Source: Gemmatimonadota bacterium (GTDB lineage: Bacteria; Gemmatimonadota; Gemmatimonadetes; Palauibacterales; KS3-K002). From it: a stretch of DNA of 64,000 nt. The position numbers and the translations under genes were made by a program. This document shows, piece after piece, positions 45,662-55,084 of this stretch; positions within the stretch are counted from its first letter, which is position 1; every line of letters begins with the position of its first letter. The notes below the pieces were generated by a model. That model did no database searches and was not told where the DNA came from. It worked only from the letters and a program-made list of their open reading frames with translations. The stretch covers positions 1 through 64,000 of the forward strand of contig JBDHJS010000009.1 of NCBI GenBank assembly GCA_039586795.1, given 5' to 3'.

Positions 45662-47434
45662 TTGTCGAAAAGCGGTGGTGGGGAGGCGGTGAGCATGCCG
45701 TGGAGGGCGCATTGGCGGGAGCTTGCCACACTGGTGGCGGTAGCCTTCCTCATACGCATATCGTTTCTCGCGCTTCGCGGCGATTACCTGGATTGGGACG
45801 AGGCGCTTTACCTGCTGATCGCCCGCAGCGTCCTGGACGGTGATGGCCTTGCCGTCAACGGCCTCCCGCACATTGCTCTTAGTCCGCTCGTCCCGTTGGC
45901 CTCGGCCTTGGTCTCTGCTGTCACTCGCTTGGAGATCCTTACAGCTCAGCGTCTGGTGATCGCGGCGGCTGGGGCGCTGCTTGTTGTTCCGGTCTGGTAT
46001 CTGATCCGCATCAACTCCGGAGATCGGATAGCCGGGATCAGCGCGCTGCTGATCGTAGGCTGGACGGCGCTCATCGATGTCGGCCCCCGATTCGGGCCCA
46101 TGTGGAGGCACGTCTATGCGGGCAGCGAACCGCTCTACCTGTTCGCGCTGTTCTCTGCTTTTGCCTGCGGTGAATTTGGTCTGCGGCAAAGGGGTATACC
46201 GCGAACAGTTTCGCTCCTTGCCGCGGGAGTGTCACTCGGCCTCGCCTACCTTGCCCGGCCTGAAGCCGTAGTCGTTGGCGGCCTGTACGCGATCTTTAGA
46301 GGCATTTCCCTTCTGCGTGGAGGCGAGACAAGAGCGGTGTCGGTCGCCGCTGGGTTAACCGCTATTTCATTTCTCGTCGTCGCCGCGCCCTACTTGCTGC
46401 ATATGCGCCAGCTCGCCGACTCATGGACTCTGAGCGGCAAGCTGGGCCCGACCAGGGCGACGGGTGACCTGTATGAGGAAGTCGTGCGGGACGACGGAAA
46501 GATGCTACCGTATCTCGAGGCCTGGTGGGCTTTGGACGAGGCGCACGATCGGATGGTCAACCCCTACTGGGGGCTTGATGGAGATGAGCCGTTCGAGCTT
46601 CGACTCGACAAGTACGAGAAGGTTCTGGCTGCGAAGTGGACACCCGATTCCAGCACCGGCCAGCGTGCCGGCGGCAGGATGTTGGACTACTTCCAAGCGC
46701 TCTGGCTTCTGACGTTCCCGCTGTTCGGAGTCTTCGCGTTGCTCGGGTTGCTGTCTCGCGGCCGCTATGCAAGTGGGCTATTCCCGTTCTTCGTGCTTGC
46801 AGGCCTCACCGCCAGCCTGCTCACGTCCTGGCAGGTTTTCGTTCTCCCGCGCTTCTTCCTCTACCTAATTCCGGGGTTCGCGCTTTGGGCGGCGCACGGA
46901 GTGGTCTTCGCCAGCGGTTTGCGTTGGCTCCGACGGCTTCCGGACCCGGGGCGCGTCATCGCGTTCGCTCTCCTCGCAACTGGCATTGGAGTGGCTGCGG
47001 TCAGAACCGTGAGTCATGAGGCAGGAGTTGTGCGGGAGGTTGGCAGCAAGGATCGGACGGCGGCGGAGCGTCTGGCTGAAGCTATCAGTTCGGACCGTGC
47101 GGTGATGAGCTGGCATCCGCGACTGGCCTATTGGGGTGAGTGGGAATGGCGAGCACTGCCAGTCGCCACACTCGATGCCGTCGCGCACTACGCCGCGTAT
47201 CGCCAGGTCGATTTCATGCTCTTGGCGCGAGGCGCCTACTCGCCGCTGGCTCTCGAGTCGGACTACGTGATCATCAGTCTGGACCCGGTTCTGGCCGGCG
47301 CCTACCTGGAGAGCGTTGCCACTCCGACTCAGCACGTGCATCCACGGGCTACCCTATTGTCGGTCGCCGACGTCGCTGGATTTCCAGCTGGTCGCATCGC
47401 CCCGGCAGAGGATGCGGAGAGCGGAGGCGAATAG
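45662..47434 (+). CDS. GT-C fold membrane glycosyltransferase (GT39/PMT-like)
   Basis: 'YLDWDEALY', 'SEPLY', 'LAYLARPE', 'RFFLYLIP'; many TMs. Confidence 0.72.
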   Translation: MSKSGGGEAVSMPWRAHWRELATLVAVAFLIRISFLALRGDYLDWDEALYLLIARSVLDGDGLAVNGLPHIALSPLVPLASALVSAVTRLEILTAQRLVIAAAGALLVVPVWYLIRINSGDRIAGISALLIVGWTALIDVGPRFGPMWRHVYAGSEPLYLFALFSAFACGEFGLRQRGIPRTVSLLAAGVSLGLAYLARPEAVVVGGLYAIFRGISLLRGGETRAVSVAAGLTAISFLVVAAPYLLHMRQLADSWTLSGKLGPTRATGDLYEEVVRDDGKMLPYLEAWWALDEAHDRMVNPYWGLDGDEPFELRLDKYEKVLAAKWTPDSSTGQRAGGRMLDYFQALWLLTFPLFGVFALLGLLSRGRYASGLFPFFVLAGLTASLLTSWQVFVLPRFFLYLIPGFALWAAHGVVFASGLRWLRRLPDPGRVIAFALLATGIGVAAVRTVSHEAGVVREVGSKDRTAAERLAEAISSDRAVMSWHPRLAYWGEWEWRALPVATLDAVAHYAAYRQVDFMLLARGAYSPLALESDYVIISLDPVLAGAYLESVATPTQHVHPRATLLSVADVAGFPAGRIAPAEDAESGGE

Positions 47435-49485
47435 TGCGCGAGAGATGGGGCCTGGATGAACGAGTCACGAGCTTTGCCCTGAGCCTTATGGCTCTGGTCT
47501 TAGCGGCTCTGACCTTCTTGCCATGGTCCGTCTGGATCGGAACGATTCGCCCAGAGGAGCTGGCCGCCTATCAAGTCACCGTTCGCGGCTGGCTGATATT
47601 CATCGCGATCGCCGCACCCGCCGCAGTGCTGTTGTCCGTAGTTCGTGGTCGCGCAATCGATGCGCGGTTCAACGCAGCTATATCGGCGTTCGTTTCGATT
47701 CCGTCGAAGCCCTTTGTCTTTGTCGCCGCGATCGTGATGAGCGTTGCGGGCGCTCTACTGTCGCGTCTGTTGTTCGCGCACAACCCACACCTCGTCGATA
47801 CCATCGCCCAACTCTTTCAGGCGCGCATCTTCGCCGCCGGTTCGTTTACCGCGCCGGCGCCACCCCAGATGGAATTCTTCGCAGCCAGTCACCTCGTAGA
47901 ACACGCCGGGCGTTGGTTCTCGCAGTATCCGCCCGGCCACCCGGCGTTGCTCGCCGTCGGTATCATCGCCGGCATCCCTTGGGTAGTGAATCCTCTGTTC
48001 GCCGCCGGTACCGTGGTGCTGGTGTGCGAGACGGGGCGCCGGCTGCTGGGCGAAGGAAGCGGAAGGCTGGCGGCGATGCTCTACCTGGTGTCGCCTTTCG
48101 TGATCATGATGAGCGCAAGCTACATGAATCACGTGACGACGGGTTTCTTTCTGGCGTTGGGGTTCTATTCCGTCGTTCGCTCCATCGACGAGGGTGGATA
48201 CGCCTGGCCCGCAATTGCCGGCGGCTCGCTCGCGTTCGCGATGACGATTCGACCACTGGAATCTGTCGCTTGGGCGGTCGTCTTGGGCAGTTGGATCTTG
48301 GCGCGACGCGGTCTGAAGCCAGCGCTCGTGACAACGGTGGTGTGCGCGATTGGGCTGCTTCCGCTTCTTGCCTACAACGCGCTTACGGTAGGACACCCGC
48401 TTCGCTTCGGCTACACGTTGCTGTGGGGAAGCGAGCATGGTCTCGGATTCCACACCGACCCTTGGGGCAATGCGTTTACGCCGCTCCTTTCCTTCGCCAA
48501 CACGGCGCTCGATTTCCAGCGACTCAACGACTACCTGTTAGGCTGGCCTCTCCCGTCTCTGGTTTTCATCCTCGCCGCCATTGCCGGCGCTATTCGATAC
48601 CAGCGTGCGCGTTCGACTTCCGTACCGTTGCTGCTCCTGCTGTTCGCCGGCCCTGTAGCCTACTTCTTCTATTGGCATCGGGACGACTATCTCGGGCCAC
48701 GGTTTCTGTATTCCTCGGTAGTTCCCGCGGTGTTACTGACGGCGATGGGGATTGCGGCCCTCGATCGTTGGGCTGGCCGTTGGCGACCGGCATATCGGCT
48801 CTTGCTCATCGCCGGCGCTTTCTATGGCCTTGTTCTCACCGTACCCGAGCGGGCCGGGGTGATCTCGGGTCTCGAGGGCGAGATGAAACTGCACCCGGAA
48901 GCTCAGGTGGCCGAGCAGGGAATCGAGGATGGGGTCGTCTTCGTGAAGGTCAGTTGGGGTAGCCGACTGATCGGTCGTCTCTGGGGGTGGCGGGTGCCGG
49001 CATCCGAGGTCGAGCAATCCTTCCGCGTCGTCGACGGCTGTCGAATCCAGATGGCGCTGGATACGGCCGACTCGCTGGCCGCCTCGGGCGCCGATTCGGC
49101 CCGCGTCCTCACCGGGCTCAGATCACAGCTCGACGAGTGGCGCCAGGACTCCCTTACCGTGATCAGAGGCCTGTTGCCGGACCCAAGTGTGCGAGCCGAT
49201 ACGACACGTGACCTGGAACCTCGTTGCCGACTGGAAGCTGGTGCGGATCGTTCCGGCTTCACGCTCTACGAGACCCTGATCTGGAGGAACGATCCATCGT
49301 TGGAGCGCGGAACGATATTCGCCCGGTTCTTGGAGCCGGAACGCAACCGGGCGCTGCTCCAGCGTTATCCCGGGCGTGACGTCTACTTGTATGCCCCACT
49401 GACCGCAGAGCGCGGCGAGCTTCCTCGCTTGCTGCGACTCGAGCTGAATGAGCCACCACCGCCGGGAAGCGAGGCGGGCGAGTGA
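47434..49485 (+). CDS. GT-C fold membrane glycosyltransferase (GT39-like)
   Basis: GTG 47434 overlaps the upstream stop; 'PHLVDTIAQLFQA', 'FSQYPPGHP', 'SYMNH', 'IRP', 'GPRFLY'. Confidence 0.72.
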   Translation: MRERWGLDERVTSFALSLMALVLAALTFLPWSVWIGTIRPEELAAYQVTVRGWLIFIAIAAPAAVLLSVVRGRAIDARFNAAISAFVSIPSKPFVFVAAIVMSVAGALLSRLLFAHNPHLVDTIAQLFQARIFAAGSFTAPAPPQMEFFAASHLVEHAGRWFSQYPPGHPALLAVGIIAGIPWVVNPLFAAGTVVLVCETGRRLLGEGSGRLAAMLYLVSPFVIMMSASYMNHVTTGFFLALGFYSVVRSIDEGGYAWPAIAGGSLAFAMTIRPLESVAWAVVLGSWILARRGLKPALVTTVVCAIGLLPLLAYNALTVGHPLRFGYTLLWGSEHGLGFHTDPWGNAFTPLLSFANTALDFQRLNDYLLGWPLPSLVFILAAIAGAIRYQRARSTSVPLLLLLFAGPVAYFFYWHRDDYLGPRFLYSSVVPAVLLTAMGIAALDRWAGRWRPAYRLLLIAGAFYGLVLTVPERAGVISGLEGEMKLHPEAQVAEQGIEDGVVFVKVSWGSRLIGRLWGWRVPASEVEQSFRVVDGCRIQMALDTADSLAASGADSARVLTGLRSQLDEWRQDSLTVIRGLLPDPSVRADTTRDLEPRCRLEAGADRSGFTLYETLIWRNDPSLERGTIFARFLEPERNRALLQRYPGRDVYLYAPLTAERGELPRLLRLELNEPPPPGSEAGE

Positions 49486-51158
49486 TGCCGCAGAACTTCG
49501 CGGACCGGAAGCAGAGGCTGGCGCTCGCCATATTGGTTGGCGCCGTGGTCGCGGCGGTTGGGGTCTGGGCACAGAACGACGCGCTCGTCGGCGTCAACTA
49601 CGACGATGCGATCTACGCCTCCCTCGCCCGATCGCTGGTGCAGGGTGACGGCTATCGTCTGACGTACACGCCAACGGACGTGCCGGGCATCAAGTATCCG
49701 CCCGTGTACCCAATAAGCCTGATACCGTTCTGGGAACTTGCAGGTTCGCCCAATTCCGCCTTTCGGGCCATGAAAATCGCAAACGGGATCTACATGGGGA
49801 TCGCTGCGGCGCTCTTTGTGATTCTGCTGATCGAGCTCGGCCTCCTATCGGCACCGCTCGCTTCCCTCGTCGGGCTCCTCAGCTTTGTTTCGGGCTCGAT
49901 GATGCTGGTGACAGCAGGCGTACTTTCTGAGCCGCTCTATCTGATCCTGCTATTCGCAACACTCCTCTTGGCCGATCGCACCCAAAAGGAAGCCGCGGAC
50001 AGAAGGCTCGTCTTGGTGGCCCTGCTTGCAGCCGTCGTCGTACTCACCCGAATGATCGGAATCACACTTGCTGCTGCTGTGTTGACTGCGATTTGGCTGC
50101 GTTGCGGCAGGCGCGGTGTGCTTGTGGGCTCGGTAGCTCTCGCGGCAGTCGTCGGAGCCTGGCTGGCGTTCACGATTGCGGCGGCACAGCAGATCCCGGG
50201 GCCACTCGTGCCGCGCTACGGCTCATACGCGCAGCTGTACCTATCAGGTGTTGCGGGCTCTCCGTCCGTCGCTCTGGACGTCGCCGCCACAAACGTGGGC
50301 GCGATTCTGCAATCGCTCGGCATGAAGCTGGCGCCACGGGTCGGAGCTACCGCGCAGGCGGCGACCGGTGTGCTGTTTCTTGTCCTCGTGGTCTTAGGGG
50401 CGCGAAAGTCGTTCGACTCTGCGCCAGCGACGGTGCTCTACCCCGTCTTCTACCTTGTTTTGATCTCGACCTGGACCTTTCCGCCGTTTCGGTTCGTCTT
50501 CGCGCTCTACCCGCTACTCCTTGCCTTTGCGGTTGTGGGCACGCTGCAACTGGCGGATTGGTCGGTGAAGACTGCGGCCCGTAGTCGCAACAGCTGGGTA
50601 GCGTCGCGTTGTTTGTGGTGGCGCTACGCTGTTCTTGGGTTGGCGGTGCTGCTCGCCCTCGACCTAGGATACCGCGAGGTGCGGTCGGTGTCGCGTCGGG
50701 TTTGGGACGGCGCCGAGATCGCGAAATCTCAGGTCACCTGGGAGCTGATCGAGTGGGTTGCTGGACATACGAGTACCGACGATGTCATCGCCTACGAGTT
50801 CGACCCGATGCTGGCTCTTTATACAGGTCGGACGACAATCCCCAACAACTACGAGCCACTCCACGTCTGGTATCGCCGGGCCCCCGAACCCGTCGAACGG
50901 TTAGCCGAGCTTTATCGTGAGATGGGAGCAGATTACGTGGCGGTGAGAGGCGACGTGACCGTGGCGGTCGCGCCTATCGATGCGCTAATGGGTGAGTATC
51001 CCGAGGCGCTGGAGGTCGTCCACGTAACGCCGGGCGGCGTTGTCATCCTGAAAGTAGATGCGGAAGCTCTGGCGGCGAACGATGCGCAGGGTGGAGTGAA
51101 CGGTTCAGATCAAACGGAGTTTAACGCGAGGAGTGATGGTGAATCTGGAGTTCGATGA
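49482..51158 (+). CDS. GT-C fold membrane glycosyltransferase
   Basis: 'GVNYDDAIYASLA', 'KYPPVYP', 'LSEPLY', 'LTRMIG', 'RFVFALYP'. Confidence 0.72.
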   Translation: MMPQNFADRKQRLALAILVGAVVAAVGVWAQNDALVGVNYDDAIYASLARSLVQGDGYRLTYTPTDVPGIKYPPVYPISLIPFWELAGSPNSAFRAMKIANGIYMGIAAALFVILLIELGLLSAPLASLVGLLSFVSGSMMLVTAGVLSEPLYLILLFATLLLADRTQKEAADRRLVLVALLAAVVVLTRMIGITLAAAVLTAIWLRCGRRGVLVGSVALAAVVGAWLAFTIAAAQQIPGPLVPRYGSYAQLYLSGVAGSPSVALDVAATNVGAILQSLGMKLAPRVGATAQAATGVLFLVLVVLGARKSFDSAPATVLYPVFYLVLISTWTFPPFRFVFALYPLLLAFAVVGTLQLADWSVKTAARSRNSWVASRCLWWRYAVLGLAVLLALDLGYREVRSVSRRVWDGAEIAKSQVTWELIEWVAGHTSTDDVIAYEFDPMLALYTGRTTIPNNYEPLHVWYRRAPEPVERLAELYREMGADYVAVRGDVTVAVAPIDALMGEYPEALEVVHVTPGGVVILKVDAEALAANDAQGGVNGSDQTEFNARSDGESGVR

Positions 51159-52974
51159 GAGCCGCGCCAGGAAGCTAGGGATAGCTGCTGTAGCACTGGC
51201 AGCGATTCTCGTCTACCTGAACTCGCTTGCTAACGGGTTCGCGTACGACGATGTATGGGTAATCCGGGACCGAGATGTCGTCCACGACATCGGAAGCCTC
51301 TGGCAGATCATCTCGATCGAGTACTGGCCCGAGATCTTTCAGTCCGGTCTCTACCGGCCGCTTACCCTGCTGAGCTTTGCCATCGACTGGGCGTTGTGGG
51401 GTGGCAGTCCGTTCGGCTTCCACCTGCTCAATGTGCTCCTCCATGCCGTGGCCAGCAGTCTAGTCTTCGTCCTGCTCATGCGCTTTTTCCCGTGGTGGGG
51501 AGCGTTGGTCGGAGGCCTGGTCTTTGCTGTTCACCCCGTCCACACAGAGGCAGTGGCGAACATCGTCGGTCGTGGCGAGTTGCTAGCCGCCGTTTGGATG
51601 CTTTGGGCGACGCTGATCTACATTCGTGCCGCACGCGGTACGGGCATCACGGCGGTTACCGTAGCAGCCATCGCGGCCCTCTATGCCCTTGCAGGATTCT
51701 CGAAAGAGGGCGGTGTGGTGCTGCCCGGGCTGCTACTGGCCACTGACCTACCGTTACTGGCGCGCCGCCAGTTGGGTTCATTTCGCGAATACGTTCGCTC
51801 GAGATTTCCGCTGCTCGCCGCACTCACGGTGGTTCTCGCACTTCTGTTGGTTGCCCGTTGGGCGGTATTGGGCGCTGCGGTTGAGAATGTGCCGGATCCG
51901 GTCTTCGCCATCGATCACAGCTTCCCAACCCGCTTCTTTACCATGGCTCGTGTGTGGCCACGGTACCTTGAGCTGCTCATCGCGCCGCTTCAACTCTCGG
52001 CCGACTACGGCCCGGCGATCATCCTTCCCGTCAAGTCGATCACTGTCCTGGGCCTCGCCGGTATCCTCGCGGTCGTAACGCTCGGAGCGATCGCTGTCGC
52101 GTTCTTTCGCCGTGCGCCCGAGTTTGCCATGGCGCTCGCCTGGTTTGCGGTCGCGATTGCGCCCGTCACCAATCTGTTATTCGTAGCGGAAATCATTCTG
52201 GCCGAGCGGACTCTCTACACGCCGTCAGTCGCACTTTCATTCATCGTCGCTTTACTGGTTGTCAAAGCGCGTCCTGCCATGCGACGCTCAGTTCTAGCCC
52301 TGGCCCTGCTGTGGGTCGTCGGTTTCTCCATCGTGACCGTGCGCCGCAACCCGGTCTGGCACAGCACCGACACCGTCTTCGAGGAGCTCAGGCGCACGCA
52401 CCCGGAGTCGGTACGCTTGCTGTTCGGAGTGGCCAGCCAGCTCATGCGAAACGGCCAGTGGGAGGAAGCGCGCTATTGGTTCAGACGCGCGATGGAGATA
52501 TGGCCGCACCACGGCCCGTACCTCGTCGAGTTCGCTTTCTACCTCTATCAGCGTCGCGAATACCAGGAAGCAGACGAGTTGGTCTCTCGGGCCGTCGCAG
52601 ACGAGCCGCGACAAAGAGACTGGAACCGATTCCTGATCGCCATCCGCATGAGCGCCGAGGACTGGGATAGAGCCCTGCAGGCAATTCGGGCGGCGCTCCA
52701 GAACCTCGGTCCGGATGGTTTCCTTTACCTCATGCAGGGGGAGGCGCTCGCCCAGCTTGGCCGCTACTCCGAGGCACTGGAAGCGCACGAGGCGGCGGTC
52801 CGGATTTACGGTGAAGATTCGACGTGGGAAACGAGGTTGATGCTGGCCCTGCTCAGGGCCGCTGCCGGCGACACCGCGACCGCGCTTTCCGATTTGCGCT
52901 GGGCTAGGGAGGCGCCGGATGCCCGGATAGAGGTCGCCGATTCTCTCGAGGCGGCGTGGACGGGCGTAAGATGA
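51133..52974 (+). CDS. TMTC-like (DUF1736 plus TPR) protein O-mannosyltransferase homologue
   Basis: 'FAYDD', 'YRPL', 'FHLLNVLLH', 'FAVHPVHTEAVANIVGRGELL', 'SKE', 'LSADY', 'AERTLYTPS', 'RN..W', then TPRs. Confidence 0.8.
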   Translation: MMVNLEFDESRARKLGIAAVALAAILVYLNSLANGFAYDDVWVIRDRDVVHDIGSLWQIISIEYWPEIFQSGLYRPLTLLSFAIDWALWGGSPFGFHLLNVLLHAVASSLVFVLLMRFFPWWGALVGGLVFAVHPVHTEAVANIVGRGELLAAVWMLWATLIYIRAARGTGITAVTVAAIAALYALAGFSKEGGVVLPGLLLATDLPLLARRQLGSFREYVRSRFPLLAALTVVLALLLVARWAVLGAAVENVPDPVFAIDHSFPTRFFTMARVWPRYLELLIAPLQLSADYGPAIILPVKSITVLGLAGILAVVTLGAIAVAFFRRAPEFAMALAWFAVAIAPVTNLLFVAEIILAERTLYTPSVALSFIVALLVVKARPAMRRSVLALALLWVVGFSIVTVRRNPVWHSTDTVFEELRRTHPESVRLLFGVASQLMRNGQWEEARYWFRRAMEIWPHHGPYLVEFAFYLYQRREYQEADELVSRAVADEPRQRDWNRFLIAIRMSAEDWDRALQAIRAALQNLGPDGFLYLMQGEALAQLGRYSEALEAHEAAVRIYGEDSTWETRLMLALLRAAAGDTATALSDLRWAREAPDARIEVADSLEAAWTGVR

Positions 52975-53154
52975 TTTACTGCAAGCACTTACACGAAGCG
53001 TACAATCCTATCGGCCTATCGCATACCTCGATTGCGTCCTGCCAGTAGCCTTGCAGAATGCGGCTCTAAGCAAGGGCTTTTGGAGCCGTCCAGGTGGCTT
53101 TTCAGGGGGGGTAATCTGTTGTGTCTCAAGCAGTTGGCTCAGTCGGACCGAAAA

Positions 53155-53170
53155 TGGCCCCAAGTTTGCC
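53155..53170 (+). promoter_or_regulatory. Sigma54 promoter of pilA, with an IHF-like site at 53124-53136
   Basis: TGGCCCCAAGTTTGCC (GG-N10-GC with TTGC) about 60 nt before the pilA ATG; TCTCAAGCAGTTG resembles WATCAANNNNTTR. Confidence 0.72.
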
Positions 53171-53229
53171 ACCTAGTTGACGGTGACAAAGAAGTGTCTA
53201 CCCGCGGGAGAAACACAAGGAGGAACGAG

Positions 53230-53619
53230 ATGTTGCGGAGTTCAAAGGGTTTCACACTGATCGAGCTTCTGATCGTGGTCGTGATTATCGGCATTCTTGC
53301 CGCGATCGCGATCCCGAAGTTCGCCAACACGAAGGAGAAGGCCTACGTATCGGCCATGAAGTCGGACCTTCGTAACTTGGCTGCGGCTGAGGAGGCGTAC
53401 TTCGCCGACTACCTGACGTACACGACCAGCACGGCGAACCTGGACTTCAACCAGACGAACCAGGTTACGATCACGATCGGTACGGGCACGGCGAGCGGCT
53501 GGGCCGCGACCGCCGGGCACTCCGGTGTGAGCAACACGGCGACGGACGTGTGCGAGCTCTACTACGGTGGTGCTTCAGGCTCGACGGCTACCTCCGAAGG
53601 TGTGGTGGCCTGCGGCTGA
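53230..53619 (+). CDS. pilA: Major type IVa pilin
   Basis: GGAGG RBS; MLRSSKG|FTLIELLIVVVIIGILAAIAIPKF; C-terminal Cys pair; own promoter and terminator. Confidence 0.93.
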   Translation: MLRSSKGFTLIELLIVVVIIGILAAIAIPKFANTKEKAYVSAMKSDLRNLAAAEEAYFADYLTYTTSTANLDFNQTNQVTITIGTGTASGWAATAGHSGVSNTATDVCELYYGGASGSTATSEGVVACG

Positions 53620-53647
53620 CGAGTGCAGCCCAGTGTAAGCACAAGGG

Positions 53648-53681
53648 TAGCGCGGAGGGGTACCTCCGCGCTATTCTTTTA
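53648..53681 (+). terminator. Intrinsic terminator after pilA
   Basis: TAGCGCGGAGG-ggta-CCTCCGCGCTA followed by TTCTTTT. Confidence 0.85.
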
Positions 53682-53732
53682 TAGCTACCCCCGCTGCGTC
53701 GGGCTCCGCCCGGCTCAGGATTCCCCACAAAT

Positions 53733-55013
53733 GTGAACCCCCCGCCGGAAGCAACGGTGAAATCAGTAGGTTCTCTGCAACGTGAGCTGACTGTCGCACT
53801 AGCGACCTTGCTCGTCGCCGCCTTGGGGCTGGCGGCCGTGGCGGTACTGCTATGGCTACCGGTAGGCGGATCGGTGAGCAGTGTCGTCGTGTTCCTTGGC
53901 GCTTTGGTGGCCGTGGACGTGGTTCTGTTTGTGGTATTTGGCAACTACGTGCTGCGTCAGATCATCCTCAAGCCGGTGCGGGCCCTCTTGCATGGCTCGG
54001 AGGCCATCGCCCGAGAAGACTACTCTAAGCGTATCCGCCTGGACGGCGCTCCGGAGCTGACGCGTCTGGCGGCGGCGATCAACGAGATCGCGCAGAAGCT
54101 GACTCAGAACCAGAAACGACTAAGCGACAACATTCAATCGCTCAACGAAGTCAACCGGGCACTGACCGAGGCGCGGGATGAGCTGGTTAGGGCGGAGAAG
54201 CTGGCCTCCGCAGGCCAGTTGGCAGCAGGCATCGCGCACGAGATCGGGAACCCGCTTGGTGCCATACTAGGGTACTTGGAAGTCGCTGAGCGACGGCCAA
54301 AGCTAAGCCAGGATCTGCTGGATGATATGCGCCGTGAGGCCAGACGTATTGACAGAATAGTCAAAGGCCTCTTGGATTACGCTCGGCCAAGGCAGCCGGC
54401 GCCGCGTCCCATCGAAGTGAACGAAGTGGTCAAGGGCGCCCTGGAGCTTGTGGAGTCTCAGGGCCACTTCAAGGAGATCGAGCTGCAACTTGATCTCAAC
54501 CCGGTGGAGGCCACGGTGCACGCCGACCCGCACCAGCTCGAGCAGATAATGGTGAACCTTCTGCTCAATGCGGCACAGGCTGCCGATGGTGCCGCCGGTC
54601 GTGTGATCAAGGTTTCGACGGACACGATCCCCTACTCGGGAATGGCACCTCCGTCGCGCCGTCGCGATGATCCGGCCGGGATCGACTATTCGCATCTGCG
54701 GCGCCTGCAGGCGCGGCGCGAGGGGCTGACACCGCCGCCGTTCTCCAGCGGCATGGAAGTGGTCCGAATTTCGGTGGCCGACAACGGCCCCGGGATCCCG
54801 CCGGAGATCATGGATAGGGTGTTCGACCCGTTCTTCAGCACCAAGGAGACGGGGCAGGGAACGGGCCTGGGGCTTGCCGTTTCGGCAAGGCTCATCGAAG
54901 GGATGGGGGGTACGATTGCCGTCGATAGCCCCGCCGACATGGGCGTGAGATTCTCGGTTCTGCTGCCGGCGGCCCGCATGGAGCTCGTCGAGGCGAGCGT
55001 CGAAGTTGACTAG
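53733..55013 (+). CDS. HAMP-domain sensor histidine kinase (PilS2-like)
   Basis: 2 TM, HAMP, 'AHEIGNPL', 'NLLLNA', 'DNGPGI', 'GTGLGL'. Confidence 0.88.
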   Translation: MNPPPEATVKSVGSLQRELTVALATLLVAALGLAAVAVLLWLPVGGSVSSVVVFLGALVAVDVVLFVVFGNYVLRQIILKPVRALLHGSEAIAREDYSKRIRLDGAPELTRLAAAINEIAQKLTQNQKRLSDNIQSLNEVNRALTEARDELVRAEKLASAGQLAAGIAHEIGNPLGAILGYLEVAERRPKLSQDLLDDMRREARRIDRIVKGLLDYARPRQPAPRPIEVNEVVKGALELVESQGHFKEIELQLDLNPVEATVHADPHQLEQIMVNLLLNAAQAADGAAGRVIKVSTDTIPYSGMAPPSRRRDDPAGIDYSHLRRLQARREGLTPPPFSSGMEVVRISVADNGPGIPPEIMDRVFDPFFSTKETGQGTGLGLAVSARLIEGMGGTIAVDSPADMGVRFSVLLPAARMELVEASVEVD

Positions 55014-55084
55014 ATCGTCGATCCTGAGACACTAGAGGGTCGAGAATAGGAATCGACATACTGGCGAATCAAGGAATGAACTAA

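Noticed and set aside
47523..48962. 479-aa Arg-rich plus-strand ORF
   Set aside because: Alternative frame inside a GT-C gene; composition typical of off-frame GC-rich sequence.
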